Source: Bacteroidota bacterium
GTDB lineage: Bacteria > Bacteroidota > Bacteroidia > B-17B0 > Aurantibacillaceae
Length of the DNA stretch: 52,441 nucleotides
NCBI GenBank assembly: GCA_043769975.1
Contig: JAYVIS010000044.1
Location: 1 to 52,441 of the forward strand
Direction: 5' to 3'
Shown here: positions 1 through 7,965 of the stretch, in pieces
How positions within the stretch are numbered: the first letter of the stretch is position 1
How the letters are laid out: every line of letters begins with the position of its first letter
The notes under the pieces: generated by a model
What the model saw: the letters and a program-made list of their open reading frames with translations, nothing else
The model's database searches: none
Told to the model about the DNA's origin: nothing
Program-made: the position numbers and the translations under genes

Positions 1-887
1 CTTAAGCGTTTTGTTAAATGCCTTTTATATTTCCTATTTGTTTTTACTGATGAGCGCTCCATATCATTTATAGCATGATTTACTATCAATTTTACGAAAG
101 GTTTTTTTACGTTTTTATGCATTAATTCTTTTCTTTTTGAAAAGGGATTAATGGGATGTAAATCAGAAATAACTTGTGTAGTAAAAGGGGTTTGAGGTAC
201 CCAATCAAAGGTATTGATTATCCGAAAGGCCCAACCGTTTCGAGTAATAAAATCATAATCGTATGCGTAAAATAAATTACCTGGCTTTGGGGCTGCACTA
301 CTGTATACTTTGTAAATAAGGTTTTTTGGTACAATATTTTCTGGCGCATATTCTAAATAAGAACGCATTAAAAATGTGAGAGCCGCACCTTGGCTGTGAC
401 CTATAAAAATATATTCTTTTATTCCTTTTTTGGAATATTCTCTAATTTTCTCAGTAATTAAAGGTGCTAAATAGGCAATGCCAATTGCCCAACCGTGGTG
501 TACAAGTGCTTTTTGGTCGTTGCTAAATTTGTAATCAAAACGTGTACTGTCATTAATGCTTAATGTTCCCGCAGACTTTATCATTCCGCTGTAAAAATTT
601 TCGAGCCATGATTCACCTCCTACTGTAAATCGCAGACAAAACACACCAACAGAATCATCTCTCAGCCAAAAATCAAATTTGTTTTTTAAACCAACTTCCG
701 GAGAACGATATAATCTCTTATAATTATTAGGAATACTGGTTGGAGCATATTTACCAGAATCTTGATGCGCCCATTCTAAATGCAGAACTTCTAAATATTC
801 AGTTGCATCAAAGCCTGATTTTAATTTTTGTTGAGAAAAGCTAAATTGTGCTAAAATTAAAAATAATACTATGAATTGTTTTTGCAT
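1..887 (-). CDS. Secreted alpha/beta-hydrolase, class-3 lipase-like (3' end runs off the window)
   Basis: Own translation from ATG at 887 (minus): MQKQFIVLFLILAQFSFSQ signal-like N-terminus, frame open to position 1. Nucleophile elbow GHSQGA. Absent from the ORF track because it is cut by the window edge. Confidence 0.7.
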   Translation of the reverse strand, partial: MQKQFIVLFLILAQFSFSQQKLKSGFDATEYLEVLHLEWAHQDSGKYAPTSIPNNYKRLYRSPEVGLKNKFDFWLRDDSVGVFCLRFTVGGESWLENFYSGMIKSAGTLSINDSTRFDYKFSNDQKALVHHGWAIGIAYLAPLITEKIREYSKKGIKEYIFIGHSQGAALTFLMRSYLEYAPENIVPKNLIYKVYSSAAPKPGNLFYAYDYDFITRNGWAFRIINTFDWVPQTPFTTQVISDLHPINPFSKRKELMHKNVKKPFVKLIVNHAINDMERSSVKTNRKYKRHLTKRL

Positions 888-888
888 G

Positions 889-1332
889 CTAAAGCGTAAA
901 TTTATTTTTAGGAATAATCGTACAAGTAAATCTTGACACACAAGTTAGTTCTTCCTTATCATTATATATTTTTATTTCCCACACATGATTTTTTCCAATA
1001 ATGTTCAGGGGCCGGCAAACTCCTTTTACAAATCCGTTAAAAACAGCCTTAATATGATTCGCGTTTATTTCAATTCCGACACCTATAAATAATTCGCTAT
1101 TTACAACTAACAAAGAGGCAACGCTTCCTAGGGTTTCCGCTAAAGCAACACTAGCACCACCATGTAATAATCCAAATGGTTGTTTTGTTCTTTCATCAAC
1201 TGGCATTTTTGCAATGATAAAATCGCTTCCTATTTCTGTAAATTCAATGCCTAAAGTTTGACCTAAGGTGTTTTTATTAAGATTATTTATGTCTGTTAGA
1301 TTGGGAGCTTTGTTCCAAATAGGGTTAATCAT
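889..1332 (-). CDS. PaaI-family hotdog-fold acyl-CoA thioesterase
   Basis: 147 aa. GLLHGGASVALAETLGS motif typical of PaaI/YdiI thioesterases. Its stop lies 1 nt from the downstream lipase-like start. Confidence 0.8.
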   Translation of the reverse strand: MINPIWNKAPNLTDINNLNKNTLGQTLGIEFTEIGSDFIIAKMPVDERTKQPFGLLHGGASVALAETLGSVASLLVVNSELFIGVGIEINANHIKAVFNGFVKGVCRPLNIIGKNHVWEIKIYNDKEELTCVSRFTCTIIPKNKFTL

Positions 1333-1355
1333 TTCAATGGTCTTTAAAAACGAAG

Positions 1356-2624
1356 CTACAAATAAATTTTAAATTTATGCATTCCGTCTTTGTATGAATA
1401 TGTTATTTGCCAATTAAAATAATCAATAATTTTTTTTATCAAAGACAAACCAACACCAAGTGACCCTGAAGTTGAGGATTGGGTGAATCGTTCAAATAAA
1501 AATTGTTTTTCAATCTTTTCTCTTTCGCTTGTATTTTCAATTGAAAAGGAGTCATCTTCAATTACTATTTTTATAGTTCCGCCTTCTTCTAAATTATATT
1601 TTATGGCATTAATAAATAGATTGTTGAATAGAATATTTGATAAAATAGGATTTAAATCCTTAGTTACATTTTTATTAAATTCTTTAATAATTGTGATTTG
1701 TTTGGCCTCAATGAAATCTTCTAATTCTTCTAATTTTTCTTCGAAAACGTTTAATAAGTTAGTTTTCTCAGTAGAAACAAATTGTTTGTTTTCAATCCTT
1801 GACATTAAAATCAAAACTTGGTTCAATTTATATAGCCGTTGCGTGGCTTGATAAATGTGTTGAATTGAATCATGTTGTTTTTTACTGTAATTAGCTTCTT
1901 GCATTAACAACTCTACTTTTGTGCTAATAATAGATAGTGGTGTTTGAGCTTCGTGAGAAACGTTTTCGGTAAACTCTTTTAGGTTTCGATAATCAGATTG
2001 AATTTGTTGTGTTAGATCGTGAATAGTATCATTTAACAAATGAAATTCATCAATATTTGTTTCTTTAAAATTCAACGATTCATTTTTTTTAATGTTCCAA
2101 GATTTTATTTTAGAGAGTGTGTCATAAAACGGGGAAAAAATATAAACAGATATGTATCTATTAAGTAAAAACAAAATTACCAACGAAACAAATAGAAATA
2201 ATAACACAATTCCTAAAACATATTCTCCAATTTCTTTTCCTTCCGACAATGATTTTGAAACCGTAATTGCATACGCTTTATCATTTGCAGTGCACTGAAA
2301 AGAAAGCTCTCTAACTATTACGGACTCATCATTTTCTTCTTCGCCTATTTCTTCTTCGGCAAATTCTTTAAAAACATTTTCATAAGTTGTTTGTTTGTAA
2401 ATTTCAACGATTGAAATTTTTTCACCAATATTTGAGGTAAAATGTTCGGGAGATTTCCCTTCTTTTAATGACCTAATAATTATTCCCTTTGCTGATAATA
2501 ATTGCTCACCTTGCTCACTGTCAAGTTTTAATAAGATGAATTTAAAAACAATAAAAACTCCAACAGCAAATAAAATGATTGTTGTAACTGAAGTAAAAAT
2601 ATTTGTTTTTGTAAGAAGCTTCAT
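1356..2624 (-). CDS. Sensor histidine kinase (2 TM helices, periplasmic acidic loop, HisKA + HATPase_c)
   Basis: H-box NVSHEAQTPLSII and G-box GSLGVGLSLIKKI. Two hydrophobic helices flank a ~110 aa loop rich in Glu. Lies 7 nt downstream of the response regulator. Confidence 0.9.
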   Translation of the reverse strand: MKLLTKTNIFTSVTTIILFAVGVFIVFKFILLKLDSEQGEQLLSAKGIIIRSLKEGKSPEHFTSNIGEKISIVEIYKQTTYENVFKEFAEEEIGEEENDESVIVRELSFQCTANDKAYAITVSKSLSEGKEIGEYVLGIVLLFLFVSLVILFLLNRYISVYIFSPFYDTLSKIKSWNIKKNESLNFKETNIDEFHLLNDTIHDLTQQIQSDYRNLKEFTENVSHEAQTPLSIISTKVELLMQEANYSKKQHDSIQHIYQATQRLYKLNQVLILMSRIENKQFVSTEKTNLLNVFEEKLEELEDFIEAKQITIIKEFNKNVTKDLNPILSNILFNNLFINAIKYNLEEGGTIKIVIEDDSFSIENTSEREKIEKQFLFERFTQSSTSGSLGVGLSLIKKIIDYFNWQITYSYKDGMHKFKIYL

Positions 2625-2631
2625 TTAAAGA

Positions 2632-3306
2632 TTAGTCTTTAAACTTATAGCCCATGCCATAAACAACTTTTATATAATCTTTTAACCCAACTTCATTTAA
2701 TTTTTTCTTTAAATTTTTTATTTGACTATATACGAAATCGAATGTTGTTGCCATTTCGGCTTTATCGCCCCAAATATTTTCTGCCAAAGCTTCCTTTGTT
2801 ATCAAGTGTGTTGGATTACTTGCTAAATAAACTAATATATCGTATTCTTTTTTTGTTAATTGCAGAGCTGCACCATTAGCAAGTACTTTCTTTTCGGTAG
2901 TATCAATTTCTAATCCGTCAAATACCAATGCGTTTTTTCCGCCAAAATTTCTTCTTCTTAAAACAGAATAAATACGCGCACTTAATTCGGATAAATGAAA
3001 TGGTTTAGTTAAATAATCGTCAGCGCCAATTTTTAAACCTTTCAATTTATCTTCCAACGAGTTTGCGGCTGTTATAATTATGACGCCCATTTCTGGCATA
3101 TTATTCTTGATGTGTTCTATAATTTCAATTCCAGAACCATCAGGTAATCCAATATCAACAAGCGCACAACCATATTTATTTTCTGTTAATTTGTGCATAC
3201 CACTTTTTACAGATGAGGCGAAATCACACTTATATCCATTTTCTGTTAAATAATCTATAACATCTTCACGTAATGATCTTTCATCTTCAATTATTAAAAT
3301 TCTCAT
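2632..3306 (-). CDS. OmpR/PhoB-family response regulator
   Basis: MRILIIEDE..VDIGLPDGSG receiver motifs. C-terminal winged helix ends YGMGYKFK. Confidence 0.9.
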   Translation of the reverse strand: MRILIIEDERSLREDVIDYLTENGYKCDFASSVKSGMHKLTENKYGCALVDIGLPDGSGIEIIEHIKNNMPEMGVIIITAANSLEDKLKGLKIGADDYLTKPFHLSELSARIYSVLRRRNFGGKNALVFDGLEIDTTEKKVLANGAALQLTKKEYDILVYLASNPTHLITKEALAENIWGDKAEMATTFDFVYSQIKNLKKKLNEVGLKDYIKVVYGMGYKFKD

Positions 3307-3321
3307 GATTAAATATTTTGC

Positions 3322-3358
3322 GTTAAATTGGAATAAAAAACGTTAAGTAAATGTTAAA
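3322..3358. promoter_or_regulatory. Three GTTAA direct repeats (starts 3322, 3342, 3353), candidate response-regulator binding sites
   Basis: cGTTAAat / cGTTAAgt / tGTTAAat with 20 and 11 bp spacing, in the divergent intergenic region between the RR gene and the five-gene cluster. A fourth GTTAA lies at 3413. Confidence 0.3.
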
Positions 3359-3482
3359 TTTAAAACAAATACATATAAATGTACGATTTACAAAAATTAT
3401 ACAAAAAAAACGGTTAAAATCATGTAATTTCGCCTAAAAACTTCAAATACACATTCAATAAGTCATTTTATGAATATTTTTA

Positions 3483-3490
3483 TAGCTTTG
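3483..3490 (+). promoter_or_regulatory. Bacteroidota -7 promoter box TAGCTTTG
   Basis: Perfect match to TAnnTTTG, 21 nt upstream of the ATG at 3512. Confidence 0.55.
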
Positions 3491-3511
3491 TACTTTAACT
3501 AAATTTTTCAA

Positions 3512-3877
3512 ATGAAATCCTTATATCTTATTCTTTTTAGTTTTATTTTTTTGGCTGGCTGTAAACATAAACCAAATTTTGATGCTATGTCAAAAGTTAG
3601 TTATGCAACTGATATTGAGCCGATTATTATTAGTAATTGTACTCAAAGTGGATGCCACGGAAGTGTTCATAGTGAAGAGTTCAAGTTATTAACTTATAAT
3701 GATGTAATTAAACATACTGATGTAAAAGCTGGTTCGCCCGAAACGAGTAATTTGTATAAAGTAATTCGTTCATATAACCCAGAAGAAATAATGCCCCAAA
3801 AGCCTTATGATGCATTAACTGAAAAACAAATACAAAAAATATTTGTTTGGATTGGTCAAGGAGCTTTAAACAATTAA
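3512..3877 (+). CDS. Small lipoprotein with C-x4-C-H motif, cytochrome-c-like (PSCyt1-like) domain
   Basis: Lipobox FLAGC. Motif NCTQSGCHG. Central MPQ and C-terminal WIGQGALNN resemble the planctomycete-type cytochrome c domain layout (recalled, not searched). Paralogous to the next ORF. Confidence 0.6.
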   Translation: MKSLYLILFSFIFLAGCKHKPNFDAMSKVSYATDIEPIIISNCTQSGCHGSVHSEEFKLLTYNDVIKHTDVKAGSPETSNLYKVIRSYNPEEIMPQKPYDALTEKQIQKIFVWIGQGALNN

Positions 3878-3892
3878 AATAACAAAATATAT

Positions 3893-4276
3893 ATGAAAAT
3901 AATTAAGTTAAGCTTTGTATCTCTAATTGCAATTTTGTTCTCAAGTTGCTATTATGATAATTTAGGAGAACTAAAGCCTGAAAGTGCCTTGTCTGGAAGT
4001 ACTTGTGACACCGTTTCTGCAATTAGTTTTTCTAACCATATTGTTCCATTACTACAAGCTAATTGTACTAGTGGATGTCATAATGGAATAGGTAGTGGTC
4101 ATGATCTGAAAAATTATGCTGCTGTAAATGCTGATGCATTAAGTGGTTCACTTTTGGGAAGCGTAAAATGGATTTCACCTTTTCAAACTATGCCACAAGG
4201 TGCGTCTTCAAAAATTTCAGACTGTGATATTGCAAAAATCAGATTGTGGATTGCACAAGGAGCAGCAAATAATTAA
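3893..4276 (+). CDS. Small lipoprotein with C-x3-C-H motif, paralogue of 3512-3877
   Basis: Lipobox LFSSC. Motif NCTSGCHNG. MPQG and C-terminal WIAQGAANN align with the upstream paralogue. Confidence 0.6.
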   Translation: MKIIKLSFVSLIAILFSSCYYDNLGELKPESALSGSTCDTVSAISFSNHIVPLLQANCTSGCHNGIGSGHDLKNYAAVNADALSGSLLGSVKWISPFQTMPQGASSKISDCDIAKIRLWIAQGAANN

Positions 4277-4293
4277 TCTTTTATTAAACACTT

Positions 4294-5199
4294 ATGACAA
4301 AAATTTTAATTTCAATTACCTTTCTTTTATTCCAATTCGGTTTCGTTTTTTCACAAGATAATCCGGACGATTTATTAAAAATGATGGATGAGAAACCTAA
4401 GAAGGAATATACATCAGCAACATTTAAAACAACACGTTTAATTAATTTTCACACTGTTGAAGTTTTAAGTAAGCGTAGTTTGGATTTTAGAATCTCTCAT
4501 CGTTTTGGTGATTTTAATAGTGGAGCGTATAACGCTTGGGGAATTGATGGTGGAGCAAATATTCGTTTGGCGTTGGAGTATTGCCACGGAAGTAGATTGA
4601 TGTTTGGAGTAGGAAGAACTTCAGGTAAAAAAATTGCTGACGGCTTTTTAAAATATCGTTTATTAAAACAAACTACTAAAGGTGGCGGTATGCCTGTAAG
4701 TGTTACCTTATTTACAAGTATTTTTCACACATTTCAACGTGTGCAAATTAATGGAGTAAATAAATTTACGACTCCAACTGATAGATTATCGTATTGTAAT
4801 CAAATTATGATTGCTCGTAAGTTTAATTCACGTTTTTCATTTCAGTTAACCGGAGCAATGGTACACGTCAACCTAGTGGAAAAAATATCTGATAAAAACG
4901 ATTGTTTTGTTATTGGTGCTGTAACTCGTTTTAAGTTTGCAAAGCGTCAAGCTATAACAGTTGAATATGGTTACCGTTTAAATAAATATAGTAAAGATAA
5001 GTATTATGATAGTTTTGGCATAGGATATGATTTAGAAACTGGAGGCCATGTGTTTCAAATGCATTTAACAAATTCTTTTGGTTTAACAGAAGATCAGTTT
5101 TATATGTATTCAAATACAAGCTGGGATAATTGGGGTATTCGTTTAGGCTTTAATATTTCTCGTGTATTTAGCCTACAAGGAAAAAATCATTCAGAATAA
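4294..5199 (+). CDS. Predicted outer-membrane beta-barrel protein (resembles the DUF5777 family, from memory)
   Basis: Signal peptide ending FVFSQ. Alternating hydrophobic strand patterns. C-terminal GFNISRVF beta-signal-like motif. Confidence 0.55.
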   Translation: MTKILISITFLLFQFGFVFSQDNPDDLLKMMDEKPKKEYTSATFKTTRLINFHTVEVLSKRSLDFRISHRFGDFNSGAYNAWGIDGGANIRLALEYCHGSRLMFGVGRTSGKKIADGFLKYRLLKQTTKGGGMPVSVTLFTSIFHTFQRVQINGVNKFTTPTDRLSYCNQIMIARKFNSRFSFQLTGAMVHVNLVEKISDKNDCFVIGAVTRFKFAKRQAITVEYGYRLNKYSKDKYYDSFGIGYDLETGGHVFQMHLTNSFGLTEDQFYMYSNTSWDNWGIRLGFNISRVFSLQGKNHSE

Positions 5200-5233
5200 T
5201 AGATTAAAAACAATTTAAAAAAAACATAACAAC

Positions 5234-5776
5234 ATGAAAACGACATTAACATTTTTATTTATTGCATTATTTATAATTAATGCAAAAGCTCAACTTTATA
5301 TAGGAGAAAAAACAAAACTTTCTTTTTTTAGTTCAACTTCTTTAGAAAATATAGACGCTGTCAACACGAACATTAAGCCACTTTTTAACATAAAAACTGG
5401 TTCTTTTGCAATTATGGCCAAGCAAACCGAATTTAAATTTAAATCATCGTTTATGCAAGAGCATTATAATGAAAATTATATGGAAAGTGAAAAGTTTCCA
5501 TTTGCAACATTCACAGGCAAGGTAAACGAAGTTGTTGATTTTACAAAAGATGGAACACATCAAGTTACAATGACAGGTAAACTTTCTATGCACGGCGTTG
5601 AACTTCCAAGAACAATCAGTGGAACTATTGCAATTGCAAATGGAGTTATTACCATGGATTCTAAATTTGATGTTGTTGTAGCAGATCATAAAATAAAAGT
5701 GCCTTCGCTTTATGTTGCAAAAATTGCAGAAATAATTAATGTTACATTTCACACGGAAATGACACCAAAGAAATAA
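5234..5776 (+). CDS. YceI-family periplasmic (polyisoprenoid-binding) protein
   Basis: Signal peptide ending NAKAQ. ~160 aa mature protein with F-ATFTGK and GKLSMHGVELPR segments typical of the YceI fold. Confidence 0.75.
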   Translation: MKTTLTFLFIALFIINAKAQLYIGEKTKLSFFSSTSLENIDAVNTNIKPLFNIKTGSFAIMAKQTEFKFKSSFMQEHYNENYMESEKFPFATFTGKVNEVVDFTKDGTHQVTMTGKLSMHGVELPRTISGTIAIANGVITMDSKFDVVVADHKIKVPSLYVAKIAEIINVTFHTEMTPKK

Positions 5777-5799
5777 ATTAAAAACAAATAACATAAACT

Positions 5800-6639
5800 A
5801 TGAAAAAAAATCTACTTATTATTGGAGCTTTAGCAGTTGTATCGATTTCAACTTCTGCTTTTGTAATTTTAAAACAAACAGGAATTGCAGGAAAAACTGG
5901 ATCTCCAGGAAATGGGCTTTGTTCCGACTGTCACACTCCTGGATCTGCAGTTGCTACCGTTTCAATTTCTGGAACACCTGCTTTTACGGGTAATCAATAT
6001 GTTCCTGGACAAACATATACGGTTAATGTTCAGGTTGCTTCACCAACATTAAGTGCTTTTGGTTTTGGCTGTGAAATATTAGACGGAACTTCGGTTGGCG
6101 CAAACAGCATTGGCTTAATGTCTGGCATTTCTCCTTTGAGCCAAATTAAGCCTTTTGGCGCAAGAGATAATGCAACTCATTTAAACACAACTTTCGGACT
6201 TGGGAACACAAAAACATTTACGTTTAAATGGATTGCGCCAGCAACAGGTAGCGCTTATATTTACGCAGCTGGTTTAGCGGCTAACAATAATGGTAGTTCT
6301 GGTGCTGGCGATGCTGTTGGTACAGCATCTTTAGTTTTAACTGCTGGCCCAGTTGGTTTAGTAAATATTGAGTCTAACGTAGTTAGTTTAACAGTTTTTC
6401 CAAATCCTTCTGAAGACAACATAAGTTTACAATACAGTTTGATAAATGATGGTAGCGTAAAAGCATCGTTATATAACTTACAAGGTAAAGAAATCTGCAT
6501 ATTGTTTAATGGAAATCAAACAGCTGGCTTACATACAAAAACTATCATTTATCCAAATGATGTTGCAAGTGGAGTTTACCTTGTTAAATTATCATCTAAC
6601 GGAAAAGATTTAGTTGAAAAAATGATTATTAAAAAGTAG
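5800..6639 (+). CDS. T9SS type-A-sorted secreted protein with canonical CXXCH motif
   Basis: N-terminal signal/anchor. GKTGSPGNGLCSDCHTPG. C-terminal ~80 aa LTVFPNPSEDNISLQY...VYLVKL...KMIIKK fits the T9SS Por secretion-tail pattern. Confidence 0.65.
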   Translation: MKKNLLIIGALAVVSISTSAFVILKQTGIAGKTGSPGNGLCSDCHTPGSAVATVSISGTPAFTGNQYVPGQTYTVNVQVASPTLSAFGFGCEILDGTSVGANSIGLMSGISPLSQIKPFGARDNATHLNTTFGLGNTKTFTFKWIAPATGSAYIYAAGLAANNNGSSGAGDAVGTASLVLTAGPVGLVNIESNVVSLTVFPNPSEDNISLQYSLINDGSVKASLYNLQGKEICILFNGNQTAGLHTKTIIYPNDVASGVYLVKLSSNGKDLVEKMIIKK

Positions 6640-6652
6640 TAATTAGCTTCTT

Positions 6653-6687
6653 AAAAAAAACCTCCGAATTTATTCGGAGGTTTTTTT
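6653..6687. terminator. Bidirectional rho-independent terminator
   Basis: A8, then stem cctccgaa (6661-6668), loop ttta, stem ttcggagg (6673-6680), then T7. Lies between convergent genes. The stop of the minus-strand ORF sits in the loop. Confidence 0.8.
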
Positions 6688-7233
6688 ATTGATGTATTTT
6701 TTTAATTCTAAAATAATTTTCTTTGAATCGTCGTTCGAAAGTTGCATCCCAAATTTTATAAATTTATCCTGACATTTAAAAACAATACGTTCACCACCTT
6801 TCACCCAAAAGCTCTGAGCAAAAACATCGGCAAAATCTCTTTCGTCTAATTCAATTAATTCAATATCTGAAATTAAATTTACATCAAACTCTTTTGTTTT
6901 ACCTCTTCCATTTATATTGTGCTGATAAAAAAGCGTTCCGTTTTTAATCCAAAGTTTTTCTTTTCCAAATTGTTTCCACATACAAACACGGAAAATCTTG
7001 TATTCAAAATAAGCCCAAAAACCTAGCCATATTATTAAAAAAAGTTTAACACTTTCTTGAGTTAAAGAGAAATAATTAAATATTATAATAATCCCTCCTA
7101 TTGTCCAAGCTAAAAGCCACAAGGCTAAAAGAATGGTTTTCCGTTTATTATCAGTTGGCAAAATAACTAAACTAAACACATTGTTTTTCAATAAGATTGA
7201 ACAACGAGTGCCGATTGCCTTAATGTTTTCCAT
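6670..7233 (-). CDS. Hypothetical membrane protein (two TM helices plus soluble C-terminal domain)
   Basis: 187 aa ORF. Hydrophobic helices ILLALWLLAWTIGGIIIIF and LFLIIWLGFWAYF. No recognisable catalytic motif. Confidence 0.5.
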   Translation of the reverse strand: MENIKAIGTRCSILLKNNVFSLVILPTDNKRKTILLALWLLAWTIGGIIIIFNYFSLTQESVKLFLIIWLGFWAYFEYKIFRVCMWKQFGKEKLWIKNGTLFYQHNINGRGKTKEFDVNLISDIELIELDERDFADVFAQSFWVKGGERIVFKCQDKFIKFGMQLSNDDSKKIILELKKYINKKTSE

Positions 7234-7243
7234 AAATATCGTA

Positions 7244-7951
7244 CTACATTTTTACTAAATATTTTCCTTCCATATAAGGAATCACAGCACACTGATTAAG
7301 GGTTAAACAATATTGAATGTCACGTTCTAAATCTAATTTTGCTAATCTGTTGCGATGCGAAGAATTTGCTAAAAATGTAAATAAATCATCTTTAGCAACA
7401 TTATATAAATGCTTTGATGCGATTGCAGAGTCACAAGTAATCGTTGCGTTTATCGAATGAGAAAGTTTTTCGACAACAGCTCCTGCAAACAAAGTGTCTT
7501 CTAAATTAAATTTATTTTTCCAACCGGCACAAACCAATATGACATCTTTTTGTTGAGCGATTAAATATTCGCAAACGACATCTAAATTTAAAAAACTTCC
7601 AATAATTATTTTTGAAGCTTTTCTGCTCACTTCAATTGCTTGAGTACCATTTGTTGTTGAAATGGCTATTGTCTTCCCCTTTATTTTATTATTCATATAG
7701 CCAAAAGGACTATTTCCTAATTCAAAACCTTCTATAATTTCGCCATCTCTTTCAGCGGCAGCCATGAATCCATTTTTTTGATATTCTCGAGCTTCTTCAA
7801 CTGTTGAAACAGGAATCATTTTATTTACTCCATTATAAAAGGCAGTAACAATTGCTGAGGTTGCTCTAAAAACATCGATAACCACAACAATTGCATTTTC
7901 CTTATGAAACAAAGGATAGGCTTGTGGCGTATAACAAACTTCTATATTCAT
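7244..7951 (-). CDS. 2-phosphosulfolactate phosphatase (ComB) family protein
   Basis: 235 aa. VVIDVFRATSAIVTA near the N-terminus and overall length match the ComB family. Confidence 0.7.
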   Translation of the reverse strand: MNIEVCYTPQAYPLFHKENAIVVVIDVFRATSAIVTAFYNGVNKMIPVSTVEEAREYQKNGFMAAAERDGEIIEGFELGNSPFGYMNNKIKGKTIAISTTNGTQAIEVSRKASKIIIGSFLNLDVVCEYLIAQQKDVILVCAGWKNKFNLEDTLFAGAVVEKLSHSINATITCDSAIASKHLYNVAKDDLFTFLANSSHRNRLAKLDLERDIQYCLTLNQCAVIPYMEGKYLVKM

Positions 7952-7965
7952 GTTTTATCTAAAAA

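Noticed and set aside
6670-7233. Possible relationship between the two small 'two TM helices plus soluble domain' proteins (6670-7233 and 37367-37801)
   Set aside because: They share only the architecture. I could not see convincing sequence similarity, so no paralogy or shared function is claimed.
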